Part shown: one piece after another, positions 1-11,274 of the stretch
Layout of the letters: every line of letters starts with the position of its first letter
Position numbering within the stretch: position 1 is the stretch's first letter
NCBI GenBank assembly: GCA_012728375.1
Contig: JAAYFF010000003.1
Span: forward strand, 5,427-69,426
Length of the DNA: 64,000 nt
Source: Bacillota bacterium
GTDB lineage: Bacteria; Bacillota; Dethiobacteria; DTU022; UBA8154
Direction: 5' to 3'
The notes under the pieces: generated by a model
Seen by the model: only the letters and a program-made list of their open reading frames with translations
Databases searched by the model: none
What the model was told of the DNA's origin: nothing
Made by a program: the position numbers and the translations under genes

Positions 1-289
1 GTAATAATAAGGGTTGGATAGATGGATGACATAAAGCACCTCTTTGAAATTTAATTAAAACAGAGTTATAATCCGGCGGTTTCGTATATTTACCGCATTT
101 AATAATGTATATGGCGTTTTGTTGCAAATAAAACCTTTTTGTCGCGTTAAAGCCGTTTGATGGATATAGTTTGTTTGGAAATGTCCGGTGTTTGGCAGTC
201 AGCAATTATTTTCAATTTCAAAGGGTTTTTCCCTGGGAAAGTCGAAATATTTTGTTGGCAGCATCAGAGAATTTTTGGAGGAATTGGCT

Positions 290-3200
290 TTGTTTATTCA
301 CCTTCATGTGCATACTGAATATAGCCTTCTAGACGGGGCAGCCCGCATTCGGAGCCTTGTGGATAAAGCAGCGGAATTAGGCATGCCGGCTGTTGCCATT
401 ACTGATCACGGAGCAATGTACGGAGTAATTGAATTCTATAAGGCGGCACGGGCCAAAGGAATAAAGCCTTTGATCGGGTGCGAGGTATATGTGGCTCCAA
501 AGGGCCGTTTCCGCAAAGAGGGAAACCGGGACAACCTTTATCATCATCTGGTTCTCCTGGCCAAAGATGAGGAAGGATACCGCAATCTAGTTAAAATTGT
601 CAGCGCCGGTTTCCTGGAGGGCTTTTATTATAAACCGAGAGTGGATAAGGAACTTCTCTTACAGTACAATAAAGGACTTATTGCTTTGAGCGCCTGCATG
701 GCCGGAGAAATTCCGGAACTGCTCCTAAGGGGCGAAGAAAAAAAAGCTTTGGAGACAGCGCTCTGGTATAGGGATACCTTTGGGGAAGGCAACTTCTACC
801 TGGAATTGCAGAACCAGGGTATCCCGGAGCAAAAAGAATTAAACCGCAAGCTTTTTGAGCTGGGCCGGGCGGTCGGAATACCCCTTGTTGCCACAAATGA
901 TGTGCATTATCTTGAACGGGAAGATGCAGAAGCTCATGACGTCCTGCTGTGCATCCAAACGGGTAAAAATATCGACGACCCGAAACGCTTGAAATTTGAA
1001 AGTGATAATTTTTATTTTAAATCGGAAAAAGAGATGCAGGAAGCATTTGACGGTTTTCCAGCCGAGGTTTTGGAAAACACCTGTAAAATTGCCGAGAAAA
1101 TAAATCTTGATTTTGAATTTAACAAAAGGTACCTGCCCCGTTACAAAATACCCCCTTCTTATTCAACTCCTGAAGAGTATTTAAGGGACCTCTGCCGCGA
1201 AGGCCTGGCAAAAAGGTATACAAAAATAACACCTGCAATACAGGAGCGCCTTGATTATGAGCTGCGCGTCATTGAACAAATGGGTTTTGCAGGCTACTTT
1301 TTAATTGTTTGGGATTTCGTCAATTTTGCCGTGAAAAAAGGGATCCCAGTAGGACCGGGAAGGGGTTCTGCTGCGGGGAGTCTGGTTGCTTATTCCCTTT
1401 TTATAACGAATATCGATCCTTTGCGCTATGGTCTGCTTTTTGAAAGGTTTTTGAATCCGGAAAGGGTAACCATGCCTGATGTGGATATTGATTTTTGCTA
1501 CGAGCGGCGGGATGAAGTAATCCGCTATGTAGTTGAAAAATACGGTGAAGATCGCGTTGCCCAGATTATTACCTTCGGTACTATGGCAGCCCGCATGGCG
1601 GTGCGGGATGTGGGGCGTGCCCTTAATTTTACCTACGCGGAGGCGGACCGCGTTGCCAAGGCAATTCCGGAAGAACTGGGGATGACGATTCAAAAGGCTT
1701 TGGAAATGAATCCAGAGCTCTTTGAACTCTACAACACCGATGAACGCTACCGGAAGTTGCTGGATATTTCCCGCAAAGTGGAGGGGCTACCCAGGCATGC
1801 TTCCACCCATGCGGCCGGCGTAGTCATCTCGGAGAACCCCCTGGTCGACCATGTTCCCCTTCAGAAGACAAACGGAACTCTGGTTACCCAGTTCCCAATG
1901 AATATTTTAGAGGAGCTGGGCCTTTTGAAAATGGATTTTCTGGGCTTGCGCACGCTGACAATTATGGAGGAGGCGGTCAGGCAGGTTAATCAGCGACGGG
2001 GAGAAGAAAAAAAAGAAAAGAAACTTGATCTTGCTGCCATTCCGCTGGATGATGCCCTCACTTTTTCTTTGCTTTCCCAGGGAGATACCGGGGGGGTTTT
2101 CCAGTTGGAAAGCAGCGGTATGCGTTCAGTTCTTCGGGAGTTGAAGCCCACATCGTTTGAGGATATTATTGCCGTTGTTGCCCTTTACCGGCCGGGGCCG
2201 ATGGAACAAATCCCTGTCTTTATTGAGAGCAAGCATGGAGATAAGGAGATAAGCTACCTTCATCCGGATTTGGAACCCATTCTTAAGGAAACTTACGGGG
2301 TTATCGTTTATCAGGAGCAGATTATGGAGATAGCTGCCAGGATGGCCGGCTTTTCCCTGGGACAGGCTGACCTTTTACGCAGGGCCATCGGCAAAAAGAA
2401 AAAGGAAATCCTGGATGAGCAGCGGCAGCTTTTTATTGGCGGGGTTGAAAAAAAAGGCTATAGCAAAAAACTTGGCGAGGACCTGTATGATCTGATCGTC
2501 AAATTTGCTTCCTATGGCTTTAACAAATCCCATGCCGCGGCATATGCCATGGTAGCTTACCAGACTGCTTATCTAAAGGCAAATTATCCTGTGGAATTCA
2601 TGGCTGCCCTTCTTACCGGGGTGATGTCCAATACTGCCAGAATTGCCCTATACATTGCCGATTGCCGGAGGCAGGGGATTGAAATCCTTCCCCCCGACGT
2701 AAATGAAAGTGAAACGAATTTTACTGTTGTCGGACCCAAGAAGATTCGTTTCGGCTTGGCCGCAATAAAAAATGTCGGGAAGGGCGCTATTGAAACGATT
2801 ATTGGAACCCGGAAGAAAGAGGGAAAATTTACCGGGCTGGGGGATTTTTGCAGAAAGGTGGATCTGCGCACCTGCAACCGGAAGGTTCTTGAAAGCTTGA
2901 TCAAATGCGGTGCTTTTGATTCCTTGGGGGGATTCCGTTCCCAGTATTTGAATTATCTCGACCAGGCATTACAATCAGGGCAGCAAATTCAAAAAGATAA
3001 AATGAACGGCCAGATATCCATGTTTTCTTACCTGGGAGAGGAAAAGTTTGCCGGGGAGCAAGGGGACGATCTTGCACCTTTACCGGAGTTTTCACAAAGG
3101 GAGAAACTTATTTTTGAAAAGGAGCTGACCGGACTTTATATTTCCGGACACCCATTGGATCAGTACCGTCAGATTCTGGAAAACTTAAAAGGCGCTACTC

Positions 3201-3721
3201 CTCTTGGTGAGCTGGCGGAATTGGATGACCGGAGCCGGGTTACAGTGGTGGGGATGATCAGTTCTGTAAAGACAATTTATACAAAAAAGGGCCGGCCCAT
3301 GTCTTTCCTAGATGTTGAAGATCTTACCGGAGAACTTGAAGTTGTCATCTTCAGCGATCTGTACGAACAGCATCAACAAGACCTGGAGGAAGGAAGAGTA
3401 ATCCTGGCCGGCGGCGTTCTGGACTTAAAAGAGGAAGAAACCGTTAAAATGCTTTGCGAGGAGATTACTTTTTTGCCGCGGGAACCCAGGCAGCTCTTAA
3501 TCACTATTAGCCGCGACAAGTCTTTCCGGGAACTGCTGGATCTGAAAAATATTCTTACTTCCTTTCGGGGAGGAACACCTGTTTATCTTTATTTAGAAGG
3601 AAGAGAAAAGCTTATTCTAACAGGGCAGGAGTGCTGGGTCAATGACCCGGAGAAAGTAAAACCAAAAATAGAGAATCTCCTTGGAACCGGGTCCGTAAAA
3701 ATAGAAGAGATAGAAAACTGA
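290..3721 (+). CDS. dnaE: DNA polymerase III subunit alpha
   Basis: PHP domain (HLHVHTEYSLLDG), GRGSAAGS, PDVDIDF catalytic motif, C-terminal OB fold. Start moved to TTG 290 behind GGAGG (ORF track starts at 188). Confidence 0.97.
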   Translation: MFIHLHVHTEYSLLDGAARIRSLVDKAAELGMPAVAITDHGAMYGVIEFYKAARAKGIKPLIGCEVYVAPKGRFRKEGNRDNLYHHLVLLAKDEEGYRNLVKIVSAGFLEGFYYKPRVDKELLLQYNKGLIALSACMAGEIPELLLRGEEKKALETALWYRDTFGEGNFYLELQNQGIPEQKELNRKLFELGRAVGIPLVATNDVHYLEREDAEAHDVLLCIQTGKNIDDPKRLKFESDNFYFKSEKEMQEAFDGFPAEVLENTCKIAEKINLDFEFNKRYLPRYKIPPSYSTPEEYLRDLCREGLAKRYTKITPAIQERLDYELRVIEQMGFAGYFLIVWDFVNFAVKKGIPVGPGRGSAAGSLVAYSLFITNIDPLRYGLLFERFLNPERVTMPDVDIDFCYERRDEVIRYVVEKYGEDRVAQIITFGTMAARMAVRDVGRALNFTYAEADRVAKAIPEELGMTIQKALEMNPELFELYNTDERYRKLLDISRKVEGLPRHASTHAAGVVISENPLVDHVPLQKTNGTLVTQFPMNILEELGLLKMDFLGLRTLTIMEEAVRQVNQRRGEEKKEKKLDLAAIPLDDALTFSLLSQGDTGGVFQLESSGMRSVLRELKPTSFEDIIAVVALYRPGPMEQIPVFIESKHGDKEISYLHPDLEPILKETYGVIVYQEQIMEIAARMAGFSLGQADLLRRAIGKKKKEILDEQRQLFIGGVEKKGYSKKLGEDLYDLIVKFASYGFNKSHAAAYAMVAYQTAYLKANYPVEFMAALLTGVMSNTARIALYIADCRRQGIEILPPDVNESETNFTVVGPKKIRFGLAAIKNVGKGAIETIIGTRKKEGKFTGLGDFCRKVDLRTCNRKVLESLIKCGAFDSLGGFRSQYLNYLDQALQSGQQIQKDKMNGQISMFSYLGEEKFAGEQGDDLAPLPEFSQREKLIFEKELTGLYISGHPLDQYRQILENLKGATPLGELAELDDRSRVTVVGMISSVKTIYTKKGRPMSFLDVEDLTGELEVVIFSDLYEQHQQDLEEGRVILAGGVLDLKEEETVKMLCEEITFLPREPRQLLITISRDKSFRELLDLKNILTSFRGGTPVYLYLEGREKLILTGQECWVNDPEKVKPKIENLLGTGSVKIEEIEN

Positions 3722-3851
3722 GTTAAGCCTTATTTGAGTATCCTAAAGTTTTCAATGACAATAATATAAAAGGCCAAATTCAAATGAGGTGCAATACATG
3801 GATACTGCTTTTAGCGATAAAGAAATTGGCCAATGGATGGGAGGGAAATAA

Positions 3852-4811
<960 letters not shown>

Positions 4812-4860
4812 GGGGGTTAGATTTTGCATTTTTCACATGGGAAAATGAGGTGTAAAAATT

Positions 4861-5283
4861 TTGAAACACAACGAAACAATCATGAGAGTACGTTATAAGG
4901 ATACCGACCAGATGGGGGTAGCCTATTATGCTAATTACTTTATTTGGTTTGAAGTTGGACGGGCAGAATTCATGCGGGCTATCGGGTTGACTTATAAACA
5001 ATTGGAAGAAAACCAGATTTTCCTTCCAGTAATAGAAGCATATTGCAAATATAAAAATTCCGCCCGCTATGATGATCAACTGCGCATTGTCACAACTTTG
5101 AAGTTTTTGCAGGAGGTAAAAATGGGGTTTCAATATGAAATTTTCCATCTGGAAAAAAATCTTTTGCTGGTTCAAGGTGAGACAGTGCATGCCTTCGTCA
5201 ATAAAGCGGGCAAACCCGTCGTTCTGCGCAAGAAAAACCCGTTCATTTGGAAGCTGTTAAGGGATAAACTCCAGGAAATATAG
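4861..5283 (+). CDS. YbgC/FadM family acyl-CoA thioesterase
   Basis: RVRYKDTDQMGVAYYANYFIWFEVGR hot-dog thioesterase motif; TTG start after GAGGTG. Confidence 0.88.
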   Translation: MKHNETIMRVRYKDTDQMGVAYYANYFIWFEVGRAEFMRAIGLTYKQLEENQIFLPVIEAYCKYKNSARYDDQLRIVTTLKFLQEVKMGFQYEIFHLEKNLLLVQGETVHAFVNKAGKPVVLRKKNPFIWKLLRDKLQEI

Positions 5284-5310
5284 GCTACTGTCCGGAGTGC
5301 AGCATTGATT

Positions 5311-6594
5311 TTAATGTTTAAGCATAATAAGTCCCGTGACCATTTTGGGATAAAAATAAGTAGTTTTCTGGGGCATGCGAATTCCTTTTTCGGCAAGATC
5401 AATAATTTTTTCGATGTGAGGCCTGTTCAAGAAAAATACATAGCGCGCCTTTCCGCTGTCAATATAATCTTTGGCTTCACACTCATCTTTCAAGTAGATG
5501 AGATTGGCTTGGTCTTTTCTTTCCGCTTCACCAAGGCCGAAGATTGTTTTTAGAATCAGCTCTTGCAGGACAAAGCTGTCCAGCATAGGGAAGGAAAAGT
5601 GCTTAGTATTTTTTAATTTTAGGCCCAACAGTTTTCTTTCCGCGGTATAAAGCCCGAGGGAAATTTCTTCCCGTTTTGCTGACTTGAAAAAATTTTCTAT
5701 CGTTGCTTGAAATTGTTTTTTATCGTCAGATATTTCCAGCTCTTGGAGAATAAAATTTTTTTCCAAATTGAAAAGGAGATCCTCGGTTTTTATATCGCTA
5801 TGCAGCACAAGGCGGTGCGTGGGGAATGAAAGCAAGCCTTCATCATAAATATTTACGAGCGCCATAAGGACGTGATTATACTTTTTTAAATCCGCGGTTT
5901 CTTTTCTTTTTTGCTGGTAAAATTGTAGTGCAGTTTCATAGCGATGGTGACCGTCGGCAATAAAGATCTTTTTTTCCTGAAAAAAATGCTGGGCTACAGC
6001 GATTTCATCAGGATCGGTCACAGCCCAGATCCTGTGAGTTTGACCTTCGTCGTCCGTAAAATCGATGATGGGTGAAGATCTTTTTTTTATATTCTCGCCA
6101 AGGTTTTCTATGAACATCTTTTTATCGCGATAGAGACCAAATATTGGGCTAAAATTGGCTTCGCAATAATTCATTAATTCCAATCTGTCTGCTTTTGGTT
6201 TGTCCATGGTTTCTTCGTGGGGAATGATCTTCCCTTCATGAAAGGGTGAGAGTTCAACACCGCAGTATAATCCCCTGCGAAGGTATTTTTTTCCTTCTTG
6301 TGAAAAGTACTGATCATAAAAGTAAAGAGCAGGTTTTTCTTCCTGATATAAAATTCCTTTTTCCAGCCATTCCTGAAAAGTGCGCGCCGCCCTACTGTAT
6401 TTATTGTTGAAATCGTTATCTCCAGGCAGGGATTTGCCATATTCCAGGCGTATTATATTAAAAGGACTTTTTTCGTAGTATTTTTCCTGCAGTTCAGGGT
6501 CAATAACATCATAAGGCTGGGTAATAATTTGTGAGTAATCCAACCCTGGAGATAATCGTAGCCCTTGAATGGGAGTGATATTGGTCATTTTCAA
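5311..6594 (-). CDS. DUF1015 family protein
   Basis: PYDVI, PHEET, IADGHHRYETA, PQKTTYFYPK motifs typical of DUF1015. Confidence 0.88.
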   Translation of the reverse strand: MKMTNITPIQGLRLSPGLDYSQIITQPYDVIDPELQEKYYEKSPFNIIRLEYGKSLPGDNDFNNKYSRAARTFQEWLEKGILYQEEKPALYFYDQYFSQEGKKYLRRGLYCGVELSPFHEGKIIPHEETMDKPKADRLELMNYCEANFSPIFGLYRDKKMFIENLGENIKKRSSPIIDFTDDEGQTHRIWAVTDPDEIAVAQHFFQEKKIFIADGHHRYETALQFYQQKRKETADLKKYNHVLMALVNIYDEGLLSFPTHRLVLHSDIKTEDLLFNLEKNFILQELEISDDKKQFQATIENFFKSAKREEISLGLYTAERKLLGLKLKNTKHFSFPMLDSFVLQELILKTIFGLGEAERKDQANLIYLKDECEAKDYIDSGKARYVFFLNRPHIEKIIDLAEKGIRMPQKTTYFYPKMVTGLIMLKH

Positions 6595-6894
6595 ACCTCC
6601 GAATTATTAGCTCATTTCTTCCTCGTCATTAGCACTCTATGGAGATTTTATTATAATAACCGGGAAAAGACAAGTGGACTACCATCTCTCTTTCAGATTC
6701 TCTTGCAAGAATGGAGAAAAATTAGATGTCTCAAAGATAGGGAAGTTCTTTAAAAAAGTTTAGAATCTTAAAAAAATTAAGCTGTGTGAGCAGTCCGGCC
6801 GCCAGGAGATGAGTATCGATAATTAGGATAATGATGCGCAAAGGGGTTGCCCGGGAAAGCTCAACCTTAACATTTATCTGCACGGGAGAAATAG

Positions 6895-7701
6895 ATGAAA
6901 AAGTTTCAGAAGAAAAGAGCCAATGATCTGGACGGAAAGACTTGGGTGAGATACAGCATCAGCGTGTGGAGCGATTTACAAAAAAATTTCCGGGAAAGGG
7001 CTTTGCAGCACCCTGCACTTTTTCCGGTAAAGCTGGTGGAAAGAATTCTTGAAATTTTTTCACGCCAAGGTGAAGTGGTTCTTGACCCTTTTATGGGCAG
7101 CGGCAGCACCCTCATTGGGGCGGGGCGGCTTGGAAGGAGGGCCATTGGCCTGGATATTTCCGAAGAGTATCTAACTCTTTTTAAAAACCGCCTGCAGGAA
7201 GAAAAAATATTTCCATCCGGTCTAAAGTTTTTCCGTGATGATGCCCGCAGGCTGCATAAATATGTCGCTCCCGGATCGCTGGATCTTTGTTTAACTTCTC
7301 CCCCTTATTGGAATATCTTAAAAGAAAAGCGCACTGCAGACCGTAAATCGATGCGAAATTACGGAGAGCGCTGTAATGATCTGGGTAACATTTCAGAGTA
7401 CCCTGCTTTCCTGGAAGCGATAAAAGAGATTTTCCTTCAAGTTTTTCAGGCTTTAAAAGATGGAGGTTATTGTATCCTGGTAGTCATGGACGTGCGAAAA
7501 AAAGATAAATTTTATCCGTTGCACATGGACCTGTCGGCAGAGCTGGTTTCCCTGGGCTTTCTTCTTGATGATATAATAATCTGGGATCGGAGGGCAGAAT
7601 ACAACCTGCTCCGTCCACTGGGCTACCCCTATGTCTTCCGCATTAATAAAGTTCACGAATATATTCTTATCTTTCGCAAGCCGGTCATAAGAAAGGGATG
7701 A
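6895..7701 (+). CDS. Orphan site-specific DNA methyltransferase (N4/N6 family, SPPY type)
   Basis: HPALFP, DPFMGSGST (motif I), then TSPPYW (motif IV); no adjacent endonuclease. Confidence 0.85.
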   Translation: MKKFQKKRANDLDGKTWVRYSISVWSDLQKNFRERALQHPALFPVKLVERILEIFSRQGEVVLDPFMGSGSTLIGAGRLGRRAIGLDISEEYLTLFKNRLQEEKIFPSGLKFFRDDARRLHKYVAPGSLDLCLTSPPYWNILKEKRTADRKSMRNYGERCNDLGNISEYPAFLEAIKEIFLQVFQALKDGGYCILVVMDVRKKDKFYPLHMDLSAELVSLGFLLDDIIIWDRRAEYNLLRPLGYPYVFRINKVHEYILIFRKPVIRKG

Positions 7702-8396
7702 TAAACAATATGGAGAGGCAGAAAATAAACTACGATTTTACAAAAATGAAAGGGATTTTCCAGAGACCTGAAGAATTAAATAACTTTGCCCTTGAAAGGA
7801 TGGAAAAGGTCGCATACTTGCTCAGGGATAAGGAAAAATACCATTGTCCGGCTGACTGCAACGACTGTTGCTATGGCTCCATTCTCATGTCCTACACAGA
7901 ATTCACCCTCATAATGCTTTATCTTCAGCATAATTGGACGCGCGAAGAAACGGCTGCTTTGTTTCGGGAAAGGGTCGGTCTTCTGCAAAATGATGAGTCG
8001 CTTCTTTGCCCTTTCCTGCAGGAGGAGGCGGGAGCTAGACATTGCCGTATTTATCCCGCCAGGCCCCTGATCTGCCGCGTTTTCGGAACGACGGCATCTC
8101 CCTGCAAAAAACCGGTAACGCCTTCTCCTCTTAATGACGAACTTTTTTATCAGGCTTACAATCTTTTTTATTATGGCAGCGGCCGGTTTATTGCCCTGGA
8201 CATCGACCGGAAATGGTCGGTTTATGAGGCTCCATTCGCTTTCTGGTGCCTGGCTGACGATAGTGAAGAAAGCCGCAGTTTTCTCCGTTCTTTTATTGAG
8301 GAAAAAGGAGACTCATTCCGGGCGGTTCTTTACGATCAGGAAGCCAAAATGTTCTTTTATTATTCCAAGGGCCACAAGGAGATTATCTCTACCTGA
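7698..8396 (+). CDS. YkgJ/FliB-like cysteine-cluster (CxxxCxxCC) protein
   Basis: CPADCNDCC and CPFL...CRIYPARPLICRVF motifs; ATGA overlap with the methyltransferase stop. Confidence 0.8.
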   Translation: MINNMERQKINYDFTKMKGIFQRPEELNNFALERMEKVAYLLRDKEKYHCPADCNDCCYGSILMSYTEFTLIMLYLQHNWTREETAALFRERVGLLQNDESLLCPFLQEEAGARHCRIYPARPLICRVFGTTASPCKKPVTPSPLNDELFYQAYNLFYYGSGRFIALDIDRKWSVYEAPFAFWCLADDSEESRSFLRSFIEEKGDSFRAVLYDQEAKMFFYYSKGHKEIIST

Positions 8397-8420
8397 AAAG
8401 CATACTGTCGGAGGTGCAAT

Positions 8421-8756
8421 ATGCTTCGCTTTATTATCTTTGCCCTGCCTTTCTTTGCCATACTAACAAATGTCAACTACTATCAGGTGAAGTACATACC
8501 CCCGGAGTGGAAGCCTGTTTTGCTATATTGCCTGGCCATGGTCCCTGCTTTTTTTCTGGCAAATTTAGGAATAAATTATCTTTTTAATATCGGCTACCGG
8601 CAGATCCATAATGTCTGGCATTTGAATATTTATTTCTGGATCGCCAACTTTATCAATATTGCTGTTTTTTCTTATATCTGGTTTCAGGAGCTTCCCAGCT
8701 TAAAAACTTTCATCGCCGCTATTTTAGTTATAATTGCCATCCTGCTGATTGTCTAG
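8421..8756 (+). CDS. Small integral membrane protein (about 4 TM)
   Basis: 111 aa, four hydrophobic segments, GGAGGTG RBS; loosely resembles half of a DMT/EamA unit. Confidence 0.6.
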   Translation: MLRFIIFALPFFAILTNVNYYQVKYIPPEWKPVLLYCLAMVPAFFLANLGINYLFNIGYRQIHNVWHLNIYFWIANFINIAVFSYIWFQELPSLKTFIAAILVIIAILLIV

Positions 8757-8785
8757 CATTAAAGAAATTGCTATTGTGGTACGGA

Positions 8786-10357
8786 TTATGGCACATTGGC
8801 AGCAGTTTTCCCCGTAATCCATACAGCCTGCAAAGCAGAATCCCAATGGACGTTTGCATCCAGGTACTCGCCCGTATAGCGCACCGGAATCATTGTCCTT
8901 CCCTTTTTAATAACCGGAGAAGTATCCATCTGCATTTCTTTACCGTTTAGTAAGGCCCGGGTGCTGTCTATCAGGAAAACAATGTTTGTTTCTTCTTTTT
9001 TTATGGTGACTGTTCTTTGCTCCGGGTTCCACTGGACTCCGGCCCCCAGCGCTTCAGCAACGCCGCGCAATGGGACCATAACGCGGTGGTTCGCGTCTAG
9101 AAACGGCGCCGCGTCGAAAAAAAGAGGGCGGCCGTTGACCATGATTACAATACCCGGGTTGTAGTCCGAAAGGAGATACTTTTTCCTTTCTTCTTTGAAT
9201 TTTTGCAGGGCAGGGGCATAATTTGTTTCAATTTGTTGAGGCAATAGCCCCTGTTCCAGGTACTGACCGATCTTATCAGTGCCCATAATTTTATCAAACA
9301 TGACGATTGTATCTCCACTTTTCGGCACCTTGAAATCTCCCTGCAAAAAGGCCAGTGAGAGCGCGTAAATGCCGGTTTTGGCAGGATTAAAAGTATAATA
9401 ATTGTTGATTTTCAAGCGAACCCCTCCTGCATCCCCTCTCTGTTCAGGGATAAAGCTTACTCCGGGAAGTTTTGCCTGGTTAAGGGTTTCCGCATATTTT
9501 GCAGCATTCAGCCCTTTGCCGCCGATCCATTTAAACTTGTCAGCCTGGAAGACACCCGTTCCTTCCCCCAGTCCTGTGGCCATGTACCCAAAAACAGACT
9601 GCAAATCGGGTATGTTGGGAGAAGTTGCGATCCAAGGAAGGCCTGTATCCTGATAAATCATATTTCTTTTATAGCCCTCCATGGGAATAACCGTCAAATC
9701 CGCATTGATCTTGCGGTTAAAGAAAAGGGCAAGTTCCCCGACAGTCATCCCATGTGCCTTGGGAAGATTGTCAATGCCCACAAAAGATTGAAAGGGATCT
9801 TCCAGGACAGGCCCTTCGACGATCATTCCTCCCAAAGGATTGGGGCGGTCCAGCACAATGATTGGTTTGTTATATTTTTTTGCGGCAACCATACAATAGT
9901 TCAGGGTGGATATATATGTATAGGTCCGCGCCCCGATATCCTGAATATCGTAAAGAAGAAGATCAATATCTTGAAGCATGGCTTTTGTCGGCATTCTCGT
10001 TGGCCCGTACAGGCTGTACACAGGGATATCCAGTTTTGGGTGTCTGGATGATTCCACGTATTCGCCGGCCTTGGCTTTACCGTCAAGGCCGTGTTCAGGA
10101 GCGTATAGCGCTACCAGGGTAACGAGTTCGTTTTCTGCAAGGAGATCGATTGTGCTGATGCCCCGGCTGTTTACCCCGCTTTGATTTGTTACAAGGCCTA
10201 CCTTTTTGCCCTTAATAAGGTGGAAATACCGGCTGAAAAGTACTTCGTTTCCCAGCTTAACAGGGGGAGATTCTGAAGCCAGAGCCGGGCTGAAAAGGAT
10301 TGCCGAGGCGACAGCGAAAAAAAACAGTACTGCAAAGATTTTTTTCATTTTTTTCAC
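8786..10357 (-). CDS. Secreted exo-beta-N-acetylmuramidase NamZ (DUF1343) with C-terminal copper-amine-oxidase N-terminal-like domain
   Basis: Signal peptide, VGLVTNQSG, APEHG, YDIQDIGARTYTY, LDRPNPLGG; C-terminal RVMVPLR...WNPEQRTV...RTMIPVRY. Confidence 0.88.
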   Translation of the reverse strand: MKKMKKIFAVLFFFAVASAILFSPALASESPPVKLGNEVLFSRYFHLIKGKKVGLVTNQSGVNSRGISTIDLLAENELVTLVALYAPEHGLDGKAKAGEYVESSRHPKLDIPVYSLYGPTRMPTKAMLQDIDLLLYDIQDIGARTYTYISTLNYCMVAAKKYNKPIIVLDRPNPLGGMIVEGPVLEDPFQSFVGIDNLPKAHGMTVGELALFFNRKINADLTVIPMEGYKRNMIYQDTGLPWIATSPNIPDLQSVFGYMATGLGEGTGVFQADKFKWIGGKGLNAAKYAETLNQAKLPGVSFIPEQRGDAGGVRLKINNYYTFNPAKTGIYALSLAFLQGDFKVPKSGDTIVMFDKIMGTDKIGQYLEQGLLPQQIETNYAPALQKFKEERKKYLLSDYNPGIVIMVNGRPLFFDAAPFLDANHRVMVPLRGVAEALGAGVQWNPEQRTVTIKKEETNIVFLIDSTRALLNGKEMQMDTSPVIKKGRTMIPVRYTGEYLDANVHWDSALQAVWITGKTAANVP

Positions 10358-10484
10358 CTTTCTTGTAACAATTGAACTTATCCTTACTGGTTATGACGAA
10401 TAACTTTGCCTTAAGTTCCTGTCGGATTGCCTTGAAATACTGACTAAATATTGGTAAAGTATTTTTAAAAAGGGGGTATAAGTT

Positions 10485-11264
10485 GTGCTTGGAGCCATTG
10501 CCGGAGATATCATCGGCTCAGTCTATGAATGGAATAGCATCAAAAGAACCGATTTCCCATTATTCTCCCCCAGTTCAAGGTTTACAGATGATACAGTCCT
10601 TACTATAGCGATTGCCGAATCGATTATGGAAGGTAAAGATTATGCCCGGACTGTGAAAGAATACGGGCTTAGATATCCAAATGCCGGTTACGGGAAAAGC
10701 TTTTTTAAATGGCTTTTCTTGGACAACCCGGCACCTTATTATAGTTTTGGCAATGGTTCGGCCATGCGCGTCAGCCCAGTAGGTTTTGCTTTTCATACAT
10801 TGCCGGATGTTCTGAAAGAGGCCGAAAAAAGCGCTTGCATTACGCACAATCACCCGGAAGGGATTAAAGGTGCACAGGCGGTTGCAGCAGCAGTATTCCT
10901 CGCGGGTTCGGGGGCCTCAAAAGAAGAGATAAAAGAGTACATCTCCAAAACCTTTGGCTACAATCTGGAGCAAACCCTGGAGGAAATACGTCCCCGTTAC
11001 AGCTTTGATGTAAGCTGCCAGGGGTCGGTACCTCAGGCTATTATTGCCTTTCTGGAATCGCGGGATTACGAGGATGCTGTCCGGAAAGCGGTCTCCCTGG
11101 GCGGGGACAGCGATACCCAGGCCTGTATTGCAGGAGGCATCGCACAGGCATATTACAAAGAAATTCCCGGTTTTATAATTGCAGAGACCCGTAAACGGCT
11201 GGATACAAAGCTGCTGGAGGTTATTGACCGGTTTAATAAATTTGCCGGAATTCATTATCTATAA
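10485..11264 (+). CDS. ADP-ribosylglycohydrolase family protein
   Basis: GAIAGDIIGS, TDDT, GNGSAMR, THNHPEG, GGDSDT. Confidence 0.92.
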   Translation: MLGAIAGDIIGSVYEWNSIKRTDFPLFSPSSRFTDDTVLTIAIAESIMEGKDYARTVKEYGLRYPNAGYGKSFFKWLFLDNPAPYYSFGNGSAMRVSPVGFAFHTLPDVLKEAEKSACITHNHPEGIKGAQAVAAAVFLAGSGASKEEIKEYISKTFGYNLEQTLEEIRPRYSFDVSCQGSVPQAIIAFLESRDYEDAVRKAVSLGGDSDTQACIAGGIAQAYYKEIPGFIIAETRKRLDTKLLEVIDRFNKFAGIHYL

Positions 11265-11274
11265 AGGAGAAAAT

